From Chrysomallon squamiferum (Eukaryota > Animalia > Mollusca), in assembly GCA_012295275.1 (NCBI GenBank), contig CM022671.1, positions 16,740,001 to 16,804,000 of the forward strand: DNA of 64,000 nucleotides, read 5' to 3'. Positions 38,801-52,410 of the stretch are shown piece by piece (the first letter of the stretch is position 1; each line of letters opens with the position of its first letter). Made by a program: the position numbers and the translations under genes. The notes under the pieces are model-generated. The model saw only the letters and a program-made list of their open reading frames with translations, was not told where the DNA came from and searched no databases.

Positions 38801-40494
38801 GGGTATTTTTTTCAATCTGTGACAAAACAAATGACTGTTGTTGAATTGTGTTTCAGGTCAAAGCCAATGATGAAGGCTCATCAATGAGTGGATATCTCAC
38901 AATGTTCAGAAACAGGAAGTGGAAACGCTTTTGGTTTGTTGTCAAAGATAAAGTACTGTACACTTACAAGGCTAGCGAGGTAAAACTGAGTTCATCATTT
39001 ATCATTTTTATAATTTTTACAATTCCAGAGAGGGCATTTTTTTTAATTTAAGAACTTTTTTTTTTTTTTTTTTTTGTACCAGTATTTTGTCTTTATGATA
39101 TAATTCAGTTCATCTTGAAAATTATATTAACTGCAGGGCAGACTTATTTTTCTGTAATCACAAATCCCCTTTTTTTTTTTTATTACCTTTATAACAAATA
39201 TTCTTTATATCTCCTCTGTTTATAAGAATGATGAACAAAAAATAATTAGGGTATCTCTTGCATTTTAAAAAAAAATATTACAGGACATGGCTGCAATTGA
39301 AAGTAAACCACTGTTAGGCTTCGAGGTCTCAAGAATAACAGAAGTGAGTATACATTCAGTGATTATTTTCATTTTATTTCTTTATTCCTTTATATGAACT
39401 TGGTGTGTGTATATGTATGTGTGTGTTGTGTGTGTATGTGAGTGTGTGTGTGTGTGTGTCTACATACGAATATGTATATATAAAATTATAATAATGGTAA
39501 TATTTAAAAACATGGATTAAAGGTAGCTATATATATATATAATCAAAGATTTATCAAACTACGGTAATGCATACTGTATTCCACTCAATGGAGTACAAAA
39601 TGTTTTGTTTTATTAAAAAGTAATGTTTATTTTTTCACTCACTACTTATTGCATATTTTACTTAGTGGTTCGAAGGAGTGGAACCAGACCTGGTGTTCCA
39701 GCTGACACACCCAAACACAGCTCCCCTGATATTCCGCACAGAAAGTGCCACTGCAACTACCAAGTAAGACTTCAGTAGTTTTACTTACCACTGTAATATT
39801 TCAAACAAAGGCTATAATTATTTTTTAAAAAGGCAAAAAACTTAATTAAAAATAAATAAAGAAATTAATAATAATAATAATAAAAAAAATAAAACAACAA
39901 CAAAAACAACTATAAAACTATGAATAAGAACAATGACAAAAACAACAGTAAAAAGAATAATATTGGATTTAGAACAGATGTTCATAGTGATTTTTAAGTG
40001 AACTTCAAAGACAGTATTTAGATATTTGTACACAGATTTATCACACACATCTGAGAGTATCTCATATATTTCAGTCACATGTGAAATGAAATTCTGTACA
40101 AAAATGCCACCTGTTGAAAAATGTTATGAATTTTGTTTTCCAACCCAGTAATAAAAATAACTCAATAACAACAACAATAATAAAACTCTAATAGCAATAG
40201 TAATAATAATAATAAGATGAAGAGAATGAATTTTGGCTAACAGTTTAATAAAAATTATCATTTAAAAAAAAAAAAAAAAAAATGCAAACACTTAAGTTAA
40301 AAGAATAAAAAAGACACATTTCTTATCCTTGTTTTAATATTATCTATTTTTCATTTCTAGTTTGATTCCTGATATCATTTGAAAATGTTCCTGATTATAA
40401 TTTTTTTTTTTTTTATTAATCTAATCAATATTTTATGTGTTTTTACAGATGGATAACAGTTATGAGGGAAGCATCAATATGCACTTTGGCATGA
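24796..40494 (+). CDS. FGD6: FYVE, RhoGEF and PH domain-containing protein (FGD5/6-like Cdc42 GEF), ~21 exons, ~1680 aa
   Basis: Exons 24796-24887, 25716-25792 (KPPVAKKP), 26639-29754 (disordered, Pro-rich). DH: 30187-30279 ([19 protein letters not shown]), 30647-30798, 31212-31368, 31798-31885 ([15 protein letters not shown]), 32313-32363, 32999-33057. PH1: 33929-34000, 34420-34488, 34892-34981, garbled ~35427-35510, 36015-36117. FYVE: 36621-36760 ([10 protein letters not shown], 1-nt frameshift at 36661), 37641-37740. Linker 38108-38286. PH2: 38857-38979, 39284-39343, 39666-39763, 40449-40494. Confidence 0.9.
24905..25025 (+). repeat. (CA)n microsatellite
   Basis: Seen directly. Similar tracts occur at 12533-12563, 23958-24003 and 43707-43732. 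Confidence 0.95.
26358..26524. mobile_element. hAT-like MITE (167 bp)
   Basis: TIR CAGCCATTCTCAAC ... GTTGAAAATGGCTG (13/14 match). An 8-bp TSD is not cleanly preserved. Confidence 0.65.
33105..33730 (+). repeat. ~60-bp minisatellite (~9 diverged copies) in FGD intron
   Basis: Unit tttgattaaagggattctatagcttagatttgaaatgcaagatgttaaaatattcagta. Confidence 0.85.
36770..37170 (+). repeat. ~70-80 bp diverged tandem repeat
   Basis: Recurring ttcataatgctttacac..tattataaattgaagtatttaaatctacatatagcagt. Confidence 0.8.
38278..38710 (+). repeat. ~115-130 bp tandem repeat (4 copies) beginning at an exon donor site
   Basis: taaaagagGTAGACATTTT..tttatttgtct..gattttggaagt recurs at ~38280, 38392, 38523 and 38640. 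Confidence 0.8.
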
Positions 40495-43400
40495 TCAAGT
40501 GTAGAAAGTTTATTTTCGGTTGACTTATGTCAGTATTATTACATATTGTTATGTTCCTTTTTAATATTTTTAATAAAGTAAATATTTGAAATAATTTATT
40601 TTGCACCTATTTCATGGGGGGAAAAACCCAAACATTTAGAGTATTTTTATTATTAGCTTGTATAATCATTTACAATCATGTAAAACATATAAGTATTATT
40701 CTTGAAATTGTTCAAGTTCAGATGGGGTAACGACTTTATTTTTAATGTATGTACAATATCAGATAAGATTGCCTAGAACACACAGATTAATAAAAATAAT
40801 ATTCACACAAGCTTTTTTTTTTGTTATTGTTTGTGTTTTCATATTCTGCTGAGGGTTTTTTTTTTTGTATTACTTTCATAATATAATGTAATTGGTTTCA
40901 TTGTATTGGAACCCATATTTGGTCAGTCAAGATAGTTTTCTATACAATGAAATTTATTTTAAATGAATATTTCATCCACCACAAAGATAGTGCCACTGTT
41001 TTCAGAAATCCTGAGTCCCACCCCTGTATTATTACCCTGTCATTATGTGCTTGTGTACAAAATTGTGTTTAGAAAAAAGTGCAAAAATGTAGTTTGTTAT
41101 TTTTTTCCCTTTTTTTGTAAATAAATACTTAGACAGTGATTCACTGATAAATGTATTTCACTTAATTTGCAGAGAATCGGCAAAACTAGAAATAAATTAT
41201 ATTACAGCCAGTTTTCATTATGCTGCTGGCATGTAAATTCATTAATTTTATTTTATTTTATTTTATACAAAGCTATTAGTGTATCATTTTTATACAAAAG
41301 TCTGCTTACAAACTGTCACAAGCCAGATCTTAAGTCTTCCATTATCAATGGATTTTGATGTTTCGGGTTATTTTTGGGGGATTGATTGGTAGGTTTTATG
41401 TTGCATGTTTGTTTTGTAAAAAGTTATTGTTTGCAAAAAGGTGCAATGTACTTAGTTAAAGGGATTACCTTCATTATCTATTTATCACTAAATATATGCT
41501 ATTCTAATGAATTTTTTAAATATAAATTTATCATTTATGTAAATATATACATAGTGTGTGTATACATTACAAAATCTAATAAAATGAATTATGTTTAATT
41601 TTCTGATTTGATAAGAAGTAAGGCTAAAACAAATATTGAGACTGATTACTAAATAACATATCTCTATGTTACTAATTATTCTCCTTATTTCTTCTGTCTT
41701 TTGTCACAAATCTGAAATACACTGCTTTAATATGTTGCAGGTAACAACATACATCATATCAGATAAAACTGAATGTTACATTTGCATAAACAAAACTGCT
41801 CTGTATAAAAGAGGATTGAATAATTATTAGTCATATTTATTTATAAGCCACAGCCAAAAATATAGATTTTTTTTTTTTTTTTTTTTAAATTATCCATAAA
41901 TAAAATAAATAAATCTCAATATTGTTTTGTTATATCACTCAGTGGGTTTTGTTACTGGAATTATTATGATACATGATTGTATAATTGTATAATATGTTGT
42001 AATTTTTATATATGTATCATGTAAAATGTTTTACACATTTTTAATTAATGAGATTAATTCTTTACAATAATATTTTATGTGGATGTATGCTTTGTAAACT
42101 TTTAATAATGAGATAATGTGCAATGCAGTGAAATGTATTTAATTATGAGAAAAGCTACTAATTTATTTTTTATTTTATCACATTTTTATTTTTTTTATTT
42201 TTTTTATATACAGACTTGTTTATATATATATTTTGATTTGAGAGCCTAGTCTCTTTTATACAATATCTTAACAGCTGAATTTGCTACTAATTTTTATTTA
42301 TCTATATTAAACTTTCTGTGTTTTGTTAATATCAGCATTATGGGGACTGATTTTTTTTTAATATTTTTTATTTATTTATATAACATAAAATGATAAAGTC
42401 AAAAAGCATATTAAAAAAAAAAAAAAAATACCTTTTGGGTATGTTTAATAAGCAGTCAAATATAAACTTAAAAAAATAAAAAGATAAATAATCAAAATGG
42501 ACAACCAAAGAACAATTTTATATTATATATATTTTTTATTATCTTTATGTTTTCTAATTATATGCTTATTTGAATATTAAATAGGAGGTCAGAAAAGCAA
42601 TAGCTGATATTTCATGTTATGACAGAATGTTGTTTTTAAATTATATCTAGTTATTATTAACAATTGTAGATTAAAAATGTTTAACATATTTGTCTCATAA
42701 CATGTCTTTACCTAATTCTGGTTTGCACAGATTAACTTTATTTTCTTGACTGTAAATTCACCAAAAACAAAATCAGTTTGATGTGAAAATTATGAAAAAA
42801 AAAGGTATAAAGTGCCTTGCAGTATGCACAACAATCAACAAATACCTCTGATTAATTTTCTTCTGTAATATTTATTATTAGTTTGCTTTTTTTCACTATG
42901 TGCATATTAGTTTTATTATTTTGTGTTCCATCAGTTGGTTCTGTAATTACTATTTTGTTAATAATATTATAAACAGTTGTAAATGATCATTAACATGATT
43001 AACAAGCAATAATGATAATAGTTTTAACTTACCGATAAATGAGCACAGAATCATAAGTAATTTACAACTGTGATAATTGTAACAGTTCAAAAACATATAT
43101 ATATTTAAAATAAAAATTGAAAAAAAGATCCAAGGCTGCTTATTATGGAGGAATTTAACAAGGAATCACATTAAATTTTAATTAATGTAATAAAAAAAAA
43201 AATATGTTGATAGTAAATTATCAGCAGTTTACTCTGTGATAATTGTAAGAATTAAAAGAAAAATATATATATAATAAATTAAAAAAAGATCCAAGGTTGC
43301 ATATTATGGAAGAATTTAACAAGAAATCATGGCCAGTAAATTATCAGCAATTTAATAATTAAAGAATCAAGAGAATACCAAATTATTAAGATTTAATGAA

Positions 43401-46400
43401 CACAGATTTATGTTCATTGTTAACTAGCAAGTAAAACTATACTGATAATTGTAAAATTATATCAATAGAAAACTGTGATTATTATCTGTGATTTAAATTA
43501 AGATGACTGTAAATTATCAACAGTTTGATAATTATGTTGATTGTAAATGAAATTTAATAACCATACTGATAATGATTGTAAATTAATCATTGAATGATGC
43601 TTATTGTAATCTAACAACTAATTTATTAAATTAAAAAAACAATTCTGATGAAAATAAATTATCAGTAATTTATTAAAAGAAAATGTGTGTGTTTGTGTAT
43701 GTATATCACACACACACACACACACACACACATAAAAGAGACAGGATTATTGTAAATTTACTGGTATAATTTTTTTAAAGAAGAAAAGAATCATGGTCAT
43801 TGTAGAGTAATTAAATAAACAGAAATATTTTTCTTTAATATGTGAATAATCTGAATTCTTAGATAACTTCCTTTTTGAAACATACTTACATATAGATGGA
43901 TAAATAAGCACACACACACTCAAACACACAGACAGATACATTCAGATATAGATACATAAATGCACATATACATGCATAAAAATTAATAGATCTGCCTTTT
44001 CCGTCTTATTTTGTACTTAAATCAAATAAACATCTATGACAGCCATTGATTTATTCAGTTTATTATCAGCATTTTTGTCATTTCTGTTAAGATTGTGCTC
44101 TTATTGCTTTCGTTGTTCACACTGTCATGTTAAGTCAGTAATTTTTGTTATGAAAAGCAGTTTTATACTGGGTTTTATAAAAATATATAGCAACAGCTGA
44201 TTTACCTTAGTTTCTGTTAGAACTAGTGTAAATAAATTAATTATAATATGGTTTTTGTGTTTGTCTTTATTTGTCAGAATATATTGAAAAAGTCCAAAAG
44301 ATTTTTGTTTAAATATATTTGATGCAGGTTACTGCTTTCAACCAACTTTACCATAAAAGAATGAATAGCTGATAAAAGAATCAAAACTTTATCAATTTGT
44401 TTATTTTGATATTAAAAAGCATCAAATTGTTTATAATTTCAGATGTTGTGTTTATTTAAAGTAAATTTATTATTACCATAGAACAAAACGTTCTTGTAAA
44501 TTCCAGGCTTTTTGGAGAATGGCCCTTACTGGCAAAACTAATTAATATTTGTTACATGTATAATATCACAGAATATATTACATTACACTAACTACATTTA
44601 CATTATTGCTCTGTATGTAAACATCTTTCTGACATTTATTTTCTACAATATAGTCACAGGTTGTCATAATATACCTACATTACAACTGAATTTGGTGAAT
44701 TAGCAGAGTTACTGTATGAACTTATTGCTGTGATCTTCAATAAAGAATGTATCATTTGAGTGCTCCGATATCTCAGAATATTGTTACACAAATCCACAGA
44801 TGTAATTTTGTTTGTTATGATTTAGTCCATGAATGAAAACTAGTGTTTGGGTTGCCAAGCCACATAGATCAGGATTAGTCTCATTGTGAACAATTAATTG
44901 CAACATGCATCTTGGAACTCTGCTACAGTTTTAAGTCATTATCAGTGATTATTTTTAGAATATTTCCAGACGTTTTGCAGGTTGTTGTTAGCATCAGCAA
45001 GTGTTGGTCTGATTGTTATCATGTGCTTGTTAATACATGTGTCTTTAACTGAAGTATGCCTTGTTGGTTTCCATGACACAGCCATAACAAGCATGATGAG
45101 GAAGATGACATTACCATATCTTATAATAAGAATATTTGAATATATATTTGGAGACTAATAAAATATTTTATCACTTTCCCTGGTTTTATTATTTTTATCC
45201 TTTTCCTAATAGATTAAACAACAGCTACATTAGGAGATGTATATATCTTAGAATGTTGTATAATTACCTGTAACAGAAACTTTTTCCACCCCTGCAGATT
45301 GATTAATTCGATGTTGACTGATATCCAGTTTTAATCTTGTTCTTGCTCCAAGATTACAGCAGGATTTTCATCAATACTGAATTAATGTTTAATTCTTAAA
45401 TGAGACACTACCCTTTTGTTCTTGTTGGAAATTTATTTTCAAATAAAAAAGAAGAAGAGAACAGAAGAAAATTTAATATTAGATAGCTGACTTGTGTGCA
45501 TCCAGTTTAAAAATGTCCTCAAACTTTATTGTTTCATTGTATAACGTTATAAAAGAACTAAATAAATGGCAATAATAGTAACGTATCTCCGTCTTCAAAA
45601 ATCACCATTCTAAACAGATTGTAAGTTAATTATATAAAAGCATTTTTAATTTTTATTCATTCATTATTATTATTAATTTAGAACCCTTTTTAATTTTAAT
45701 TATGTTCTAGAATTCATGTAACATAATCACTGTTTCTTTCTATTTTCTTTTCTTTTCGAATTATTCGGAAAATTAACGAATTGTCCCGAAGTACACGTTG
45801 CGAAGTATGTCATGGCGTCATCAAACGTCGCTTAATTACTTAGCAATTGTTGTTTTGTGGTTTTGTTGCGAATATATAGCCTAACTTTTTTATAAAACGG
45901 TAGGTTTTTTCTTTATTTCACTTTTAAAAAAAAAAAAAATTTTTTTTACTTTGTATGTAACAATAGGTGGATAATTTCAAAGTGATAATTTATTTGCTCA
46001 TTCTGTTCTTAAATCTGAATTATGAAATATAACGTTTACGGCGCTTAAACTATAATTACCTATTTTCGATAATTACGAATTTTCGTCAGCGTGAAAAATC
46101 AGTAAGATACTAATTGATTCCGATCATATCAGATGTGATTATGCAAATTTTGAATTGTTTACTAATTTCTTATATCACTGCAGAAACTTTAATGAAACAG
46201 TCAAAATCGATCAAAGCAGAACAAACATTTCTCAACAATATTTCCGATAAACGAAATAAAACATACGCCAGTATAATGGCACTTTTTCATTCCAATGTCA
46301 ATTCTAAGTGCAAACGTGGTTTGTTTTATTTATGTTTTAGAGTTTTTATGTGTAATATTTATATTTTAAAAGAATTCTGAACAGTATAACAAATAAATAA

Positions 46401-47022
46401 ATAAAAATAATTTCTAGAAAGCACAACGCCCAATTATCTCATGCAATTTACTAAAGACTTACATGCAGTTTACTGTATTATACTAAAGACTACAAACAGC
46501 AACAACAACAATCGAGATCATTAATTTTTCGCATGAAGTATTCTATAGGAAAAAAAAAATAACAAAAAAGAAAAAATAAATAAAAGAAAAAGAAAGAAAA
46601 ACAAGAAAAGATGTATGATTTCTATGATGTTTTGAGTGATTCTTTATTTTCTCATTATGTTATTGTTATTGTTGTTATTATTATTATTATTATTATTATT
46701 TTATGTTGTTGTTAACTTTACTGTTACTAATAGTCTTTTTTTTTTTCTTTGGAAACAGTTAAATGAGGATTTACTGCATATTGGTTTTTGTAAGTCTTCT
46801 AATGAAGATGTGCTTTTGTATCCCAGTCAAAACGGTAAAAATCAGGAAAAAACTTTACAGACAGACATACACCCACACCCACACACACCTGTGTTTATGT
46901 ATGTATGGATGGATGGATATACATATAAACACATAAATATACATATTTTACCAATACAAATACAACACACAAACACACACACACACATGATGGTAATGAT
47001 AATTGCTATACTTTATTTGTAG

Positions 47023-47987
47023 ATAAAATTGGAAGAAAAGCACACCTTCAGCTCTGAAGAAAAACGAAACCTGGATTATTTAAGGGAAGATATTTTCCTA
47101 CGAAAACTGTTCAGACCAGTTATGGACACAGACGTTGGTGTGCTGCAAACAATTGAGGAAAAAGGTAACATTTATAACTAATAATACGATTTTCTTGTTC
47201 ATGTATTCAGGCACCTTTTTGCTTTTTCCCATTCCAGTTGTCAACTCTATTTTTCTGATCATTTGAAAGTGCATTTTAAGCACTACTGTGTTGTTAATGG
47301 ATGCATCATACTGATGCTCTCATGGTTTTCTCTCATGTCTTCATTATACAAAAAAAATATAATGTTTATTCATTTGTTAATTTATTATTAGTTTATATTT
47401 TGGTAGGGAGGGCACTGAATGCATTTTTCTTCACATGCAGGCACTAACATACATATTTCTAAAAAAAATTTTTTTCTGTAATTGTTTGCCACCAGTTTGT
47501 GTGAGGCATGTGAATTTGCTTCCTAAGTTCAGTTCAGTTAGTAAATGATACTGATGTGTATTCCAAGTTCTTCACACTCCTTTAACTATTTAAATATATC
47601 ACATTAATGCTTCCTGTTTTTGAGCCAACAAGATATCACTAAATGATACTAGATAGAAAATGCTGACAAATCTAAACTTGTGATTTCACAAATTAAATGG
47701 AGAATATCAGTAAAAACACAGTTTTATAAATGACCACTAAAATGTCTCAAAAATGGTGAAAAAACACAAAGTACAAAATACTTCTGATAATTATCCAGTC
47801 ACTGAAAATTAAGTATTTAATAAAAACTGTTATCAGCAAATTGAAAATAAAAATGAAAAAAAAAAAAAAAAATAATAATAATAATAAATAAATAAATAAA
47901 AAAATAAAAAAATATATATATAAATATAAATAAAAAAAAAATAAAAATAAAAATAAAAAAAATATAAAAATTAAAAATATAAAATAT

Positions 47988-48040
<53 letters not shown>

Positions 48041-50947
48041 CCGGGAAAGCATAATAAAAGATTTAAGTAACCTGGATAAACTGTAGCATTTGACATGATT
48101 TTTATTTTTTTTAATTTATTATTATTATTATTATTTTTAATTATTTTTTTTACAGAAGTTGAGATAACAAAACCTATTACAGGATTTAGCTTGATGGACA
48201 TTCTCAAACCTGCCAGATCATCAAATGCAGCAGTTACCTCTGGTACAGGCAGTCCTAATGATCTTCATACTTCTCTATCTTCTGATGGATTTAACCCCAC
48301 TGATCCATCTAAAAACCCAGCTGTTATCTTGATCTTGCAAGCAGATGGGCCAGTGATACCTACACACCAGAAACTTGTAACCATTCATTACAAGAATGAG
48401 GGGAATTTTCAGACCCATCAAGCTGATGTGGTCACTTCAGATCAAGAACAACAGTTTCTAAACAAACTGGATGAAAGCAACAGTGAACTGGATGTTAGTA
48501 AGCAGGAAATTACTGATAGTCAGAAGGTACTGGATGATAGTATGAAGGAACTGCATGACAGAAAGAAGGAACTTAATGATAATAGGAAGGATCTGAATGA
48601 TAATGCAGAACTGTTGGATGATAGCAAGAAAGAACTTGATGATAGTCAGGGGAAACTGGATGGTATTCACCAAGAACTGGATGATAGTCAGAAGGAATTT
48701 GTTGAAAGTAATAAGGAACAGGATTATAATAAAAAGAAACAGGTTAACAGTAAGAAGGAACTGGATTATTATAAAACAAAACTGGATGACAGTCAGAAGG
48801 TACTGGATGATAGTAAGAAGAAACAGGATTATATTCAGAAGGTACTGATTGATAGTAATGTTCTGATTAATAGTAATAAGGAACTGGATAATAACAAAAA
48901 GAAACTGGATAATATTCAGAATGTACTGGATGATAATAAAAAGAAACCAGATAACAGTCAGAAGATACTTGTTGATAGTAAGAAGAACCTGGATGATAGT
49001 AAGAAGGAACTGGTTGATGATAAGAAGGGTTTTGGTGAAAATAAGAAAGAACTTGGTAATAGTCAGAAGAAACAGGATGATAATAAGAACAATCTTGGTG
49101 ATAGTAAGAAAGAAAAGGTTGACAGTCAAATGGAATGGATTGATAATCAGAATGAACTGTGTGATAGTAGAAAGGAACTGGATGATTATAAGAAACAACT
49201 AGTTGATAGTAAGAATGAACTGAATGATAATAAGAAGGAACTGGATGATAAAAAAAAGGATCTTGGTGATAGTCAGAAGGAAATGGATGGTGTACACAAA
49301 GAATGGGATGAAAGTAGGAAGGAACTGGATAATAGTCAGGAAGTACTGGATGACAGTAAGAAGAAACAGGATCAGAGTAAAAAGAAACAGGGTAACAGTC
49401 AGAAGGAATTGGATAATGCATCTAACGAACCTATTATCCTGATCTTTCCAGGAGATGGGCCAGAGACACCTACACACCAGAACTTTATAACCATTCACAG
49501 TAACACTGTGGTGGATACTCAGAACCACCACACTGAGAAAAAATGGGATAATAGTCCTTACATGACAGAACAGGATTTATAACCATTCAGTAAGAAGGAA
49601 CTGGATTATAAAAACTGTGGTGGATTATATTCAGAACCATACTGACTGATGATAGTAAAACTGAATAAATAAAAAGTCACAAGTTACTGGATGATAGTAA
49701 GAAGAAACAGGATTATATTCAGAAAATACTGATGGATAGTAAGAAGGACCTGGAATATAATAAAAAGAAACTGGATAATAGTCCCAAGTTATTGGATCAT
49801 AGTCAGAAGGTACTGGCTGATAGCAAGAAGAAACAGGATCATAGTCAGATGGAACTGGATTATAATAAAAAGAAACTGGATAATAGTCAGAAGGTACTGG
49901 ATGATAGTAAGAAGAAACAGGATCATAGTCAGAAGGTACTGGTTGATAGTCAGAAGAAACAGGATCACAGTCAGAAGGTACTGGTTGAGATTAAGAAAGA
50001 ACTGGGTTATAATCAAAAGAAAAAGGATAATAGTCAGAAGGTACTGGGTGACAGTAAGAAGAAACTGGGTCATAATAAGAAGGAAATGGATGAAGCAGAG
50101 AATGAACTGGATGTAATGCTGTCAAAGATAATGAAACAGATACCAGACCATGGTTTCAGTTTAGGCAGTCATCTTCTTGATTTTGGTTTTGATGATAGTG
50201 CAGGTCACATTAACAATGAAATTAGAAAACTTGAGAATGAATTTCATGATCCTGATAATATACTTACAAGTCATGATGATGATGATGATGCACTTAGTGA
50301 TGATCATGATGATGATGATGATGCACTTAGTGATGATGACGATGATGATGAAGAACATGATATTCATAATGATGATCTTAGTAATGATGATGGTCTTTAT
50401 GATGTTGACAGTGATGATCTTGATATATACAAGTCAGCGAAATTGAAAGTGGGTGGAGAGAAAATGCCATTAAGGGAGATGATAAATAAGTTGGCCAGTA
50501 TGTGAACATTTTATATTTCATACTATTTCTACATATATTTATACTGAAACAGTTTCTGCTAGTATTTGTGATGCTTGTCATAATATGTATTGAATGAAAT
50601 TAAATTGCAGTGACACACTTCTTATGCAACTTTCACTTATGTTATGTCAAAGAATAAATATATTTATCTATGAACCAAAATATTATCTCACACACACAAA
50701 AACATACACATACTTCTATATTCCCTGTTATTAAAATTATAATTACTATTATCAGTTATACAATTTTTAATTTATTATTCTTGTTATTTATTACTTATAA
50801 TGTATTATTATTATTATTATTATTATTATTAGTATAGATACAATGAAGGTCCATTAAATACTTAAACCATATTTTATTATTATCTTTACTATTATTATTA
50901 TTTTCATTATTATCATTATTATTGTTGTTGTTTTGGTGGTGTTGTTT

Positions 50948-50981
<34 letters not shown>

Positions 50982-51188
50982 TTATTATACATCACAGGTA
51001 TGATGACAAAAGGTCCAGTATCAGAGGCACACATGGAAAATAATTTGGTCATGGCACCTGGTGGTGAGGGCTGGCTGACAGCTGACACCCACCTCTTTGA
51101 CTGGCCACCACTATTTGAAGATCGTGGAAATAATTTCAAAGCATGGAGAACAGGCCGAAGTGCAGTCAACAGAAGGGAACACCAATAA
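47023..51188 (+). CDS. Unrecognised heptad-repeat (LDDSKKE)n coiled-coil protein with Asp-rich tract; 5' end unresolved, reading frame broken at 49580-49731
   Basis: Exon 47023-47164 (phase 0 to 1) joins the acceptor at 48156 in frame. ORFs 48156-49582 and 49732-50497 are built of 21-nt repeats. Donor A|GTATGT at 50497 joins exon 50998-51188 in frame. Confidence 0.7.
48466..50115 (+). repeat. Coding 21-bp minisatellite (ctggatgatagtaagaaggaa)
   Basis: Dozens of diverged 21-nt units in two blocks (~48466-49420 and ~49590-50115). Confidence 0.92.
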
Positions 51189-51879
51189 CCTCACTGAGAC
51201 AAATAAAATAAAATAATAATAAAAAGAAGAAAAAAATAATAATTGAATCACCCCAGTCTGTTTTAAACATTAACTGTATCGCTTAAGAATGATTTCTGAT
51301 TTATTTATTGTTTAAGAAATGATCATAGCTTACAAGCTTAAATGAATAAACTATAATATTAAGGATCTAAAAATAACCAAGATTAAATAGTTTTTAAGAT
51401 CTAACAGCAGTGTGATTTGATGCTGTTACATAAACATGCATTTTATATTTCCAACCAAAATCATAAGAAAAAAAAAACAAGCACAAAAACAACACAATAC
51501 TGCATACAAATTTTAACACTTATATTTGTTGTCTGTTTATTTAATTAATTTATTTACATACAGCAGGTCAGTAGTAGTACATGTATTAATATTATTATAA
51601 ATATTGTTAACATTGTTATTTGCTCTATATCTGCAATAAATATGACGTATTTCAAAATATTAATTATTTTTTTAAATTCAGTATTTATTTTTATTATTTA
51701 AAACTTTTAATTTCATACATATTCAGATACAAATGCTGGAAATTGGACAATAAAAAATATTCTAAATTACAAAGTCTTTTTTTTTTTTTTAATACATTAT
51801 TTTCTAAAAGACTTATCAATGCATCATTACTGGAGTAAATACTTTGTATGCACACTGCATGGGCCTAGATTACGGTATT

Positions 51880-52175
51880 AGGGAACTAAATATTTAAAAA
51901 TTTAGTTAAACAGAGGAAACTGAAGTTTAGTTCCCAATCCAGCCAGGATTCCACAATGAGTGTATCAAATGTTCTGATACATTTCTCTAAAGCCATGTTA
52001 CATACTATCCCATCTGTGGGATGGTACATTGAAAAGATCCTTTGCTGCTATTCAGAAAGAGTAGCTCATAGATTTTTTCTCCATTCTTTTTTAAGTGGTC
52101 ATTAACACATGTCTAATGCAGTATAACAAATACAATGTGTTGAGTGTTCTGTTAAATAAAATATTTCCTTTCTGT
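51880..52175 (+). mobile_element. SINE-like repeat, best-preserved copy in the window
   Basis: ctatcccatctgtgggatggtacattgaaaagatcctttgctgcta..gagtagctcat..tgtgttgagtgttctgttaaataaaatatttccttt. It resembles a gastropod SINE family as I recall it; unverified. Confidence 0.55.
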
Positions 52176-52334
52176 TTTATTGACCATGCATCAAAAGAGT
52201 GACTGAAAATAAATTTGACTTCTTTAATAAGCCACCTAGCTTGGTCAAACTTAACAGTCCATGTATTTGGTTACAGGATAAATCCTGTTCGACAGAAATT
52301 AATTAATAATATCCCATTATAGCCAATAATAATA

Positions 52335-52410
<76 letters not shown>

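Noticed and set aside
43060-43350. Short local duplications (also 12590-12830, 20445-20580, 24062-24222, 35000-35310, 35770-35980)
   Set aside because: Ordinary diverged tandem duplications with no evident function.
47747-48155. Poly-Ile/Leu/Phe ORFs, including the apparent signal peptide [19 protein letters not shown] at 48095
   Set aside because: They derive from (TAA)n/(TTA)n tracts and the polypyrimidine tract before the acceptor at 48155, so they are most likely intronic.
48458-50446. Long antisense and alternate-frame ORFs (Ile/Leu/Phe-rich, YYHPV-rich, WMIVRRN-rich)
   Set aside because: These are shadows of the 21-nt coding repeat; only the D/K-rich frame links to splice sites.
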